In this document: positions 44,201-54,080 of the stretch, in pieces
How positions within the stretch are numbered: the stretch's first letter is position 1
Layout: each line of letters opens with the position of its first letter
NCBI GenBank assembly: GCA_046563655.1
Contig: CM102290.1
Span: 6,014,001-6,078,000 of the forward strand
Length of the DNA stretch: 64,000 nt
DNA from: Yuukianura sp. NJ FZ-2021
Lineage: Eukaryota
Reading direction: 5' to 3'
Position numbers and translations under genes: made by a program
Notes under the pieces: model-generated
Seen by the model: the letters and a program-made list of their open reading frames with translations, nothing else
Database searches by the model: none
What the model was told of the DNA's origin: nothing

Positions 44201-47200
44201 AAAGGCGGTCTTTACGTCGAATTGAATAATCTCGTAGTTCCATGCACTGGCAACTGCAAGAACGATCCTAACAGATTCGTATCTAGCAACTGAAGCATAA
44301 GTATCGTGAAAGTCCACTCCAGGACGCTGCCAAAATCCACGGCAAACTAAACGAGCTTTGTAACGATCGATTTCTCCATCTGGCTTTCTCTTCAGTGCGA
44401 AGACCCAACGGTTGTCCAGGACTCTTTTCTCTGGAGACCATTTAACCAGACTCCAGGTTTTGTTTTTCTCCAGACTGTTAATCTCATCTTCCATTGCTCT
44501 GATCCACTCTAACTTTTGCGGCGAAGCGAGAGCTTCTTCATAATTGTTCGGTTCCAGGATCTCCAGTCGAGCAACATTTGCATGATATCTGGAAGGAATT
44601 TTAATTCCTTCTCTTGGCCGGAAATTGTATCGCTCCAGAGCGTGTGCTGGAATCTGTGCAATGTAATCTCCAGCAGTAGTTGAAATGGTCAATTTCAAAT
44701 CATCCGTGCGTTGAACTTTCCAACTTTTTGGAGAAAGTGAGGATCCAGCTACATTTTCTTCATCCTGGCAGTTATGCTTTTCGGCATTGTCATCTTCTTT
44801 CTCCAGTAGTTTTTCTTTCTTCTCACTGGACTGACGATTTTCTTCATCTCCACTTTCTCCAGACTCCTCCTCAACCACTTCCGTAATTTTCACTTCCGGT
44901 TCTTTCTCCTCAAAAACAACATTAGTTGCAATCACTATGGAGGCGCTGTCTGGATCAAAAAGTCTAAATTTTTTCTCGCAGACACCATCATAACCCACCA
45001 AGTACATTTTTCTGGACTTTGGTGTCCAGACTGTACGTTTCGCTTCTGGAATGTGGGCATAAGCTTTACATCCGAAGACTCGAACATTTCCGAGGTTTGG
45101 TCGCCTCCCCATGATTTTCTGAAATGGCGTTTGCTCCGGTGAGATGCGACTTAAGGTGCGATTGTGAATGTAGACAGAAGTTGCAACGGCTTCCCCCCAT
45201 AGAAAGTCTGGAGTGGAGTAAGTCTGGAGCATCGCCCTTGAAGTATCTTTCAATGTCCTCATGGATCTCTCCACTCTCCCATTCATTTCTGGACAATAGG
45301 CTGCTGAAGTTTCGTGGATGATTCCATTTTCTTCAAAAAATTTGTTCAAGGTTGAATTCACAAATTCACCTCCGTTGTCACTCCTCACCCACTTCATCCT
45401 GTTTCCGGTTTGCCTCTCCATGAAATGAATGTATCCCTTGATCGCTTCTGCAGCTTCTGACTTTCTCTCCAGAAAGTAAACAGTGCGAAAGTTAGTTGCG
45501 TCGTCGATTAGAAGGAGAAAATAGCTGGCTCCTCCCAGTGACACGACGCTCATTTTTCCAGATAAATCCATGTGGGTTCCAGTTCCTGGTTCCGAATTTC
45601 TTTTTGGAACTGAGTTGAAAGTCTTCCTGGGTTGTTTACCGAATTGACAATTTTCACATGTTTCCCGGAGTTGACCTTTGACCTGCTCCGGTGGAATTCC
45701 GTAGACAGCTCCGCGTCTAACGCTGGCCTGAATGTATTCAGTGTTGATGTGAGCGAGACGGCGGTGCCAAACATCCAAGTTGACTTGTTTGAAAGCCAGA
45801 AGTGCTTTTGGCTGAACTTTCACCGGGAGAAAGTTCATGACGTACATACCTTTGCTCACATGGCATGTAGGTCCAGGACCTTGTTTGTGCGAAAAACGAG
45901 CTCCTTCGCTGTCTCTTTCAATCTTGTATCCGAGGTGAGTCATCTGGAGTTCTGAGAGGAGATTAACAGCTCCAGGAATAAACAAAACATTCTTGAGTGT
46001 TTTGTATTGCCATGTACCGTCAGTAAGTGCAAGTAACTGAACAGTTCCTTCTCCAAGGGCATCAACGGCGGTAGAGTTTAGTTGGTCAACTTTCTCTGGG
46101 TTTTGAAAATCTTTGTAATCCACAAACCAATCTTTGGAACCACAGATATGGTTTGACGCTCCAGAGTCAGCATACCAGGTGTCCTCCTGGCGTATTGGCC
46201 AAGGTTCGCTAGCCTGTCCAGGCCCTGGCGAACCACTTTTATTCCTTCTACGATCTTGACCAACAAAAGCCTTGGCATGGGGAAAGTCACTTTCTCCATC
46301 TCCAGACTTTTCACCTTCTTTCCGTTGTCCAAGGAAGCCATTCCTTGAAGCTTCTTTCTCCTTCCGCCCTCGAGAACCACCTCTCCCTTTCCCCTGCCCA
46401 TGGTGGGACTTCTTGGAGAAAGGCCTTGTGTTTTGCTGAGATTCTCCTGAGGAAGCCTCCGAGTTTCCTTGTCTCAGCTTCGGACAGTCACGTTTCCAGT
46501 GATCTTCCGATTTGCACAAGAAGCAACCAGATTTCTTTGAAGAGAAGCCCTTCTTCCGTTCCTTGGTGGGGCTACTTTCTCTCCCCCTTTTTCCCTGTTC
46601 AGAGAGTGCCTTGAAAGCACGGCTCCTTTCTTCTCTGGAAGCTCCTGCTGATTCTATGTTCGTTTGGTCAATTTGCTCCTTTTTCAACCGAGCAAAGAGA
46701 ATGCTCATTGTCTGAGACTCAGCTGGTACAGAGTCCCACGCCCTTTTCAGAGCCGTATAACGTGGCTCAGGAAGTGACGAGACAATTTTAGTCACAACTG
46801 TATCTTCCTCCATGTTAACACCGATTTCTTTTAAATTTCTCCAAATTTCCTCCATCTCCGTGTACGCCTCAACTAAGTTTTGCTTATTACTGACCTTAAA
46901 ATTGAAAAACGCGCTTAGAGTGTGCTGGCGGTTGATGATGCTTGAGTCCGAGTTAATGTCCTTTAGCTTGTCCAGGACTCCCTGGGCGGTGGTGCAGCCA
47001 ACAATGTGTGTCATTTGGCTTGCATTCAGAGTGGGTACAATCACTGCCTGAGCCTGGATGTCCTTCTCGTCCCACGTCGTTTGAGCCCCACTTTCGTCAG
47101 ACTCTGGACGCGGAGTTGTCCCTGAAGCAACATCCCACAACTTGACAGCCTTGAGGATCAATGTAATTTGCATCTTCCATCGGCTATAGTTCGTCCCATC

Positions 47201-50200
47201 TAGTTTAACCACGTGCTTCGTGTCAAACAATGGACGACTATCTCTGCTCGACATTTTGCAAACTTTCACTTTTTCCAAAACAAGTACAACCACAAGTTAG
47301 TCCGAGTCCAGAAAAATAAGTCCAACCACAAACTAGTTCAAGTCCAAAACCAAGTCCAAAACACACACTAGTCCAAGTCCAAAACAAAGTCCACTTTCAC
47401 TTGTTGTCAAAACCTAAGAAACAATTCCAGCAACGCAGAACCTCCCTCTGCTACCAAAGTTGTTGTCAAAATTAAACGCCCTTTTAATTTTGTTATTGAT
47501 GGATCTTTTTAAGCAATGTTGCTGATTTTTATTTGGTCAAAAGAAACTTCAGAAAAAGAATCTTAAGTTTTAATTAGGACAGTTTCCTAGAGAGAGACTT
47601 GAAAGAGACTAACTGACTTTCCGGACTCCCGGGTCCTTTTGTTAACTGGCTTAGAATTTTCGGGAAGTTTCCAGAATATTCTGGAAGCTTCAAGACAAAA
47701 GCAACTAGAAAGGTTTTGAGGGTCCCCTATGTAATAACTTTGACCAGAAGTGTCATATTTGGTTCCCCCTCAGCTCAACTTGTCATCGTAATTCAGATGT
47801 GAGAATCAGTGGTTGAGTTAACCTGTCAGCTAACTTTATATGAGAAAAGGTCAAGTTTTGACCTCTAAACTCAACAACATGATCAGCGTATTCCTGCAAT
47901 GTAATGCAAGGAAAACAACGTATCCGATTGAGATTGATTGATTTCGACTATTTCCTAATTAGTCGTAGTCGCATTAGATTGTATGTGAAAATGTGCTAAC
48001 CGATACACTGCACGCAGATATATTAACACTGGCGAATATTGTCACTGCTTTTTTGTATTAAGTTATTCTTTTAGAATAAACCTTGCCAGTAAAGATTTGC
48101 TTTTATAAATGAAAAATTCGTTAAGGTAAATTAAAACTAGGAACAATTTTCATTACAGCCATATAAATGTTAAACCTCGACCGTTGAGAGGGAAAATTAA
48201 AATCTGAAATAAAGAAATCTCGCCAAACAAAGCGTTTAGAAGTTCGTTTACCATAAAGTAATTTGGCTTAAACGGACTCCATTACAGTCCAATTTTGAAC
48301 TCCGAGTCCGGACTCGAGGCCAGATAAAGTCCGGTTTTGGACCCAAAATTCCAGACAAAAAGTCCGGACTCGTCCGGACTTGCATTCCCTACCGCCGTCG
48401 GTGTATTAGAACAATGGGGAGCTGCCAATGCTCTCGACAAGGAATAATTAGCCGTTTCGGCGTTTTGGAGTGGTGGGGTGACTTTTGATCCAATGCAATC
48501 CGTGACCTATCGTTTCTAGGGGGCTGAAAATTTGCAAGAATGATCCCTACATTGACTTTGACAAACGATATAAATTTCATTCGAATCGCAACAAGGCAAC
48601 TTTTCAATGGGCCTTGGCGCTTATCGTTTGAAACACAACGGACTTGCGCTAGAAGTTACGGTTTTTGGTGAAAGATGCTTGCAGAAAACTGGTGAAAAAG
48701 ATACGGGAAACGTATCACGTATCTCAAAAAACATACGTTACGTTACAACGTACGTTGCAAGATACGTGGTCTGCAGATATCTATCTAATATTGCCGATTT
48801 TATCCCCGAATGTTTCGTTTAATGTTATGTTTGATTCAGCGAAGCCTAATCAAACCGCGAAAGACGAGAATAAAAACTGATGATGATTTTGGTCATTTAC
48901 ACCTTTCAAATAGTTCCTATAGTATTCATGTATGTACATTTGATTTGTATTTTAGCTCTGTGTGAAAGAACGTGACCTTCTACCAGGTGTAATGTTTGAA
49001 TATGAAGCCATCGGAAAGCTGATTGAACAACGATGTAACAGGCTGCTTGTAATTTTGTCTCCCAGTTTTTTGGAAAGTGAAGGGAACAAGTTTCTCGTTT
49101 CGTTTACACAAGCATTAGCCTTAGGTAAGGATGTTTGTTATTCTTGAAAAACTAGGAATATTGTATATTTGGTTTAACGATTTCGGTTTGGTTACAGAAT
49201 CGAGAACACGCAAGATCATTCCGTTGTTGTATAAAAGATGTGAACTCCCATTAAGCGTACGCTACTCGTTCCATCTTGACTACAATAGGGCTGGGGTTGG
49301 AACCTTATGGAATTTCTGGGAGAAATTAAACAATTCTATTGTTAGTAGTCCTCAAGAAAATGCACCTACTAATCAACCAATACGAGTCCAACATGTTACC
49401 AATACGACTCCAACGAGCCATTTAAACTCGACTTCGCTGCCAGGTTAGGAATAATATGGCTATTCGGAGTTTCCCGAAGAAGTTCCTAGCCGGCTCACAG
49501 AGGGAAATTTGCCCGAAATTTAAGACAATCTCTTTCATAAAACAACTCTGCACTCTCTGTGTGTCCTCTCTACGGGGTCTGGCTAAAAGTCGGATCTCGG
49601 ATTCCTCAGATTTCTATGAGGGCGTACCCCAAGCCCCATACGAGGAACTCCTACCCCAAACTCGCGAAGTTTGTATAGTTGAGATAACTATCTCACTTAC
49701 TCTCAGTTTTTTACGCTGATTCCGAATCTGCAATCGGTTTTGACCGCTCTCGTCACTTTCGATCATAATTGTATTTTTGAATAATTAAAATGTCCGTGTG
49801 TGTGAGTTTCTGGGTTCCCCTCTCTACTAATGTATATGGCATATACATGTATATGGCAAATGGTATATGATATGTTAGTGGCATGTATATGGCAAATACG
49901 AGTTGAGACAGTAAACAGTGTCGCTCAGAATTTCAAAAGATACCAAGTCTGAAATCTTGAGAATGACTATTAGTACGAACTTTCCCAGCCGAAGATATTC
50001 GTCATGAATTGCTCAAGGGCGAAAAGGGAGGAGGTAGTATGCAACGGCGGCTAAAACAGAAGTTTTGTGAGACAGGTTAGCCTACTACCTTTCCTAACCC
50101 TAACCTACCCTGACAATAAAAACCTACAGACGTAGTCACTATTGTGTACTTTAACAAACCTAACGCCGCGCGTTCGGCGCGGTAACACAGGCTTAAGCTA

Positions 50201-52397
50201 TCCATCCTTTAATTACTAAGGTTTTGCGGGTGATGAAGGATCACAGAGCGATTGAATCTAATCCGTATTCTTAGTTTAAGTTCAACTTGCGCAGCACAAG
50301 AACTCTGGATCTCGGAGACGACTATTTTTTTAGAGCAACAAAAAACAGAAAACGATGAGAGCGGTCAAATCCGATTGCAGGTTCGGAATCAGCGTAAAAG
50401 AAGGTAGGGAGTGCTCAAGGGTTGAGCACAGGTCTTCTGGAGGTAGCTGACAATTGATGCGACTTAAACCGGCCTGCCTCAAAACTGTGGAAGAACTGAG
50501 AAACCGTTGCAATTGATACTCCAAAATGTCGCTGAAAATTTTCAATGCGGATGTGTGATCCTATTTTGTGTATGAGTCACAAAAATTGTGTTTGCAATTT
50601 TACGTTGAATCGCACCAAAGTCATGATCCAGCTTTGAGGCCTAAATTGCACTGAATTGATGCTATTAATTTGTTGAGCAAGATGCATATAATCCATTGTC
50701 TATGTTGCCATGCCAATGTACTATTACTCAACAACGTTAATATAACTGCATCAAAACAACGAAATCGAGCTATGAATTTGTTTTAAAATTATCACGATGT
50801 GCAATAATTGCAAAGATTTTAAAACAAAAAAAAAATTATTAACTAGATGCGACATTAGGACCATTTTAAACAAAATTTTTGAAGCAAATGTTTTGTGGCG
50901 TTTCTCCTGGCAGCTGACTCAATTTCATGAAAGTTAAGCCTGGTTCACTCAAGATTTTATTTCACGTCACAGAGTAAATTTGCGAATTCGATATACACTG
51001 AAGATAATACTACTGTCTGAAAATAAGTTTTGCAGTCATTATTAAAAATTAATGGGTGACATGAACTTGGTCGTTCCCTGTTGTCTAGGTATGTACCCCT
51101 AAAGGGTGGCTAATTTTTTCGTGTAAAAAAATAGTTTTTGCATTAAACCATGGTTTATTTGGCTTTTTCAAACCAACATTCCTACAAAAGCCCTACATTT
51201 CTCAGAAAATTACACTCGTTTTATGCCAACAGTATCTCCACGTTGTCAAAAGTAATCGTTATAACACGATTACCATTACTAATGCATATGACAATTAGGC
51301 AATTCGTTCAATTCCGTCATTTTCTGAAATTAAGGTGAAAATTAAAATTTAGCACTTTTTTATAGCTATCTATTGGGAAAATTCAAGAAACCCGATAAAA
51401 AATTGCTTGAAGTCCGAATTTCGATCTTTTCGGATAAAACACACCCAGGGTGATGTTTTTTCGCCACTTTGGTTCACAATTTGATGTAACCAATCCGTTT
51501 CTTCAAAAAAATGCAATACAAAGAAGTTGTCTAAAACGGGTAAATTTCCCTCTGTACTGCTTACCTATGCCAAACTCGCAAACCGATTTTGCCGAAGATA
51601 AGCCGGCTATTCTATGAATTAAATTGTTAGGATATTCATCGGATATTATATTTCATTATGCTGGATTCACATTACACCGCAACTCGCAGATTTCTGCTCG
51701 AATTCTGGGTGGTCTCTGCTGATTCGCGTTCACTGGAATTCATTGGAATGTACAGAAAATTTTATCAAAAGTTGCGGGCATCTTTTTCTGCCGAAAAGAG
51801 TTGCGGCTTTTGTTCACACTCACAAAACAGCGGCAGAAAAAATTGCTCCGAAAGGGTTGCGCAGACAAGATTTTGTGAGCTTCATCAAACGAAACTGAAA
51901 AGCAGAGAGTGCATGTCTTCCCCTTCCCGAAGTGAAAGGTTTTGACTTTTGCTGTGCCTCCTTTGAAGCGTCTGCCAGCAACTTTCCTTATCATTCGGGC
52001 GTCGAGAAAAGGTCCAGTGTGAACACGCAACTCACAGAAAGCAAAAAACTGTGACAACTTGCAACTAGCAGGAAGTCCGCGGGTTGCTTTGTCATGTGAA
52101 TCCAGCATTAGTTGTAAATTAGTTTGTGCGCGAATATTATATTTAACTTTAATTTTTTCTCTATTAGACTATTCTCATTGGGACTCTGAAAAATTGGCTG
52201 ACTTGACTTCGCCTCTGGAGCTGTTAACCGTATCAAATCCATCAAAGGAACCTCTATCATCATCAGTGCCACAGTATTCCTCGAAATCTTCATCGAAAAA
52301 ATGGTACAACAAAGTAATTGGTGGCGGAAAAAAAAAGAAGGGAACAAGCAAAAAGTCTTCAAAAAAAATGGCGGAAGTGGGAACTGCCGAAACCTGA
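29258..52397 (+). CDS. Myd88: MyD88 Toll-pathway adaptor (death domain, TIR domain, basic C-terminal extension), ~416 aa
   Basis: Exons 29258-29261, 29342-29522, 29663-29865, 29996-30100, 30238-30350, 48956-49124, 49198-49443 and 52168-52397; all GT-AG, in phase, 1251 nt. Death-domain motifs LNP..GLPRDWRGLAEL and IDRYDV; TIR box1 YDAFLLNADED, box2 LCVKERDLLPG, KIIPLLY, box3 NFWEKL; lysine-rich tail. The 4-nt first coding exon is the least certain part. Confidence 0.93.
30624..31190. mobile_element. hAT-like MITE with GATTAC subterminal repeats (partial second copy ~39140-39258)
   Basis: TIRs CAGGCCCTTTTCGATTAC / GTAATCGAAAAGGGCCTG; 8-bp TSD TCCTAAAG / TCTTAAAG. Confidence 0.8.
32134..32860. 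mobile_element. PIF/Harbinger-like MITE nested in another TIR repeat (~31335 onward)
   Basis: TIRs AGCCTCTTTCA / TGAAAGAGGCT; TTA TSD at 32131-32133 and 32861-32863. Confidence 0.7.
32972..33045 (+). pseudogene. tRNA-derived sequence (SINE-like head or pseudo-tRNA)
   Basis: A-box TAGCTTAAGGGG, B-box GGTTCGAATCC, stem TCTCC/GGAGA, downstream T-run. The anticodon loop CCGGATT lacks U33 and purine-37. Confidence 0.6.
33222..34474 (-). mobile_element. Non-autonomous LINE-like element encoding only a frameshifted ORF1 (coiled-coil/RRM type)
   Basis: 5' AGCAGATGTGT motif; ORF1 pieces 34412-34149, 34152-~33950 and 33947-33735 (NVVIPGL, CRRLG, RLVQVKL, IYINPEKTK); ~400-nt 3' UTR, 3' stem-loop, AATAAA and A-tail at 33222-33235. 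No endonuclease or RT visible. Confidence 0.65.
34578..38415 (+). mobile_element. Three tandem DINE-1/HINE-like (Helentron-associated) elements: 34578-35615, 35933-36898, 36948-38415
   Basis: Each starts TTTAGTCTTCTGGAGACGCACGTCTACG, has a (GTCC/GTCT)n microsatellite, an inverted subterminal copy CTCCAGAAGA, a 3' hairpin ATGCTCAACCCTTGAGCAT and ends in T-runs. A reversed partial copy lies near 50395-50760. Confidence 0.75.
37531..38031. mobile_element. P-element-like MITE inside the third HINE copy
   Basis: TIRs CAAGGCAACTAAACAAAA / TTTTGTTTAGTTGCCTTG; 8-bp TSD GATATCAC at 37523-37530 and 38032-38039. Confidence 0.8.
40226..40641 (-). repeat. 3' LTR of the copia element, preceded by the polypurine tract GAGGGAGAG (40642-40650)
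   Basis: Direct repeat of 47461-47876; purine run abuts it on the minus strand. Confidence 0.95.
40873..42492 (-). CDS. env: Envelope-like glycoprotein with class I fusion-protein architecture
   Basis: Furin site RHKR (42168-42157), then hydrophobic FILTGIILSTLVISLITSIGLGTAAVISS, a heptad-like helix (LAELGNLAQEHTKKLEEIEKRL..), a Cys-rich ectodomain, sequons NFS/NQT/NMT, TM WTGIVIGFLMTSMIAICIALGICYY and a short charged tail. Confidence 0.88.
   Translation of the reverse strand: MDIQKHFSHVHCWISDDDIFGLIHGASGDFQVASPVLWKKSDTQVTKGSNQVHLLIKFTSPCEMLDINSVHQDNVQMAKERCEEIYSKLFTSEILKMCPTEETTEIHHRHKRFILTGIILSTLVISLITSIGLGTAAVISSAGNKVTLAELGNLAQEHTKKLEEIEKRLNIHRRALDELRQFTEKLAGDFLESKEKQVDTTFLISSITGRLLIGNQILKETNRQWHTKRKLFVPFLDYLNFSLPCGSSCPLDLGTPKSCHMTYDKMAMKMRFEVPILDQNLKVVKADAFSLMHKTKNQTCEIKYIGPKKAIVSLHEDCVYGANFKEPADDILIIAPDAGCSTSGQLPGMTKHFTVEKCLPTHPGDEKDFVQLKQQGENNYIYCYGNQITIGGKTTNCPDHVFPIPKEVSIKINDYLYEGSIFEGTHIQGQDRIFTSKANWHLGHKLNMTNLLELHGLLDEDKKLEENMEKIKITHEAYFTENPWTGIVIGFLMTSMIAICIALGICYYRARKERVPIIKITAAKLQDAVSESKKETEED
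42433..47254 (-). pseudogene. copia gag-pol (disrupted) with a ~200-aa extension after RNase H
   Basis: ATG 47254; CCHC knuckle CFLCKSEDHWKRDC; protease WYADSGAS; integrase WHRRLAH..CENC, HMDLSG, RSDNGGEF, NGRVER; RT YKARLV, QFDVKTAFL, SIYGLKQS; RNase H YCDSDFAG, SCEAEY, VDNQSAI, KHIELRYHF, ADILTK. Frameshifting deletion at ~43980 removes YVDD; in-frame TAA at 43161-43163. Confidence 0.93.
47439..47456 (-). promoter_or_regulatory. Primer binding site complementary to the 3' end of initiator tRNA-Met
   Basis: TGGTAGCAGAGGGAGGTT, 4 nt downstream of the 5' LTR; TGGTAGCAGAG pairs with the ...CUCUGCUACCA end of metazoan tRNAiMet. Confidence 0.85.
47461..47876 (-). repeat. 5' LTR of the copia element
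   Basis: Matches 40226-40641; by eye I found one substitution (CAAGACAAAAG vs CAAGACCAAAG). Confidence 0.95.
51659..52107. mobile_element. PIF/Harbinger-like MITE in the last MyD88 intron
   Basis: TIRs TGCTGGATTCACAT / ATGTGAATCCAGCA; TTA TSD. Confidence 0.75.
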
Positions 52398-54080
52398 TCT
52401 ACCCTCACTTCAACCAGTACTAAGTGTAATCCAAACTGTGATTTCGTACAAGCGACAATCACCAATTGTGTAGTCCCAACGAAGAAGGGCGTACCTCGGA
52501 TTTTGAAATTTTTTTTTCCCTTGGAGACGAGAAAAGTAAATAAATTTCGCCAGAACTCGGAATTCGATTTCAAAAATGTAATTAGAAATCGCCTTAACAA
52601 AGTATCGATGGTGCAAGTAACTTTTTTCCCTTGAAAATTTTGTATTTAGCAAAGTAGCTAAAGTGCAGAGTATTTTTTCATTGTATTCACAAAAACTTTC
52701 GAAATTACTTAAATAGTTTGCGCACCCTCATTAAACTGTTGCAACTGCTTTGAAAATTTTCAGTTGACATTGACGAAAAGAACTGAAAATTATTTAATGG
52801 AAGCCAATAAGTCTAAAGTACACATCCAGCCTCACTAAACCTAGAGAAGGGCCAAAGTGGGGAAGGGGGCCCTTTCAGAAGTCACTGTCAACTTAATTCA
52901 GAGAACCAAAGTGTTTTCTGTGAGGTCAAAGTTTCGCACATCACTTTTCACAAGCGCCGAACTCATATAACTACAATTTTTTTTCAAAATTTTCGAATAT
53001 CTTTAATGATATTAAAAGATCAGTGAGACGTAAACCGACCGGAATTTAACCGTACAATATAATAATAGGTCAGCAATAAGGCGGTTTTCTAAAACAAACT
53101 CAATGTAACCTAGTAATCCCCGTTTTACGCGTTAATAGTGATCAAATCCTGGCCACGATATGTTCATTGGTGAAAACCGAAGCGAAATCATCCAGTAGTT
53201 TCTGAGTAGTGTGGCTGGTTTTTTCCAGCGTTGCTGTAAGCTTAAACGTCCAGTGGCTTAGTTGCCACTCTCACAGGATATCCACTGGAAGCAATACACC
53301 AAAAATGCAAACTTTTAGTGGAGGTACGAAATTAAAAATCTAGCGGGAAATTCAAAAAAAAAAAAAATAAAAATAAAATTTAAAATTACAAAATAACATC
53401 AAAAAGAGTTTCTTTCATCGTTAAATTTAATAATTTATTTAAAAATCATACGAAACCGTTATTTCCTTCGTCTCGTACGGTAATTTGAATTTGTTGGGGT
53501 GAATTGGGGCAAAAGCGCCAAGTTTAAAATTAGCATCACAAAACGAAAGATTTGTCGGTTAGCGCTTGAGGCTAACTTATAGCGTTGGTTTAATTTTAGC
53601 ATTTCTGGGTTTTCCGTTGGTATTGTGATGCACAGGCATAAGAATAAGCATAAGTTCAATTCCGTACTTCATAGGAGTAGGATCTAGAGATTAAGTCTCT
53701 CCAATTTCAATTCTCATAATTTAACTTTTAAGTCTTTCATTCAATTTTCATTTCTTTTAACTTTAATTATCCACTAAATAAACTTCAACTAAACAAAGAA
53801 CGAGTCAGTTGCTACAGGCCAGAGTTGACCGCTGATTTACAGTGGATTTACTGGATTCTACATATCAATCATTTCATGGTCCTTCGACAACCGTCTGTTC
53901 AACGACTGTAGCAACTCGTCATCATCATTGGGATTGGTAACCAGTGATAAACGATCACTGGCAGGTAACGTACTGTATCGTTCCTTCTGTCGTCTGCTAT
54001 TGGTAGTCACAGTATTGCCAAATTTCCCGATCTAAAGGTTGAGGTTTAGTTGGTCTTAGTAACTGACTAAAGGTACAGCC

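Larger units (their letters stand above)
40226..47876 (-). mobile_element. Ty1/copia LTR retrotransposon with an envelope-like gene
   Basis: Two 416-bp TG..CA LTRs, 5-bp TSD ACATG (40221-40225, 47877-47881), PBS, PPT, copia domain order Gag-PR-INT-RT-RNaseH, then an env-like ORF. Confidence 0.96.
39962..48391. mobile_element. hAT-type MITE (~770 bp) split by the copia insertion
   Basis: TIRs TAGGGAATGCAAGTCCGG / CCGGACTTGCATTCCCTA; 8-bp TSD CCGCCGTC at 39954-39961 and 48392-48399. Confidence 0.85.

Noticed and set aside
53459..53659. Duplicated hydrophobic ORF MNLCLFLCLCITIP (also 59673-59885)
   Set aside because: Antisense frames inside the two BEL LTRs; the duplication simply reflects the LTRs.
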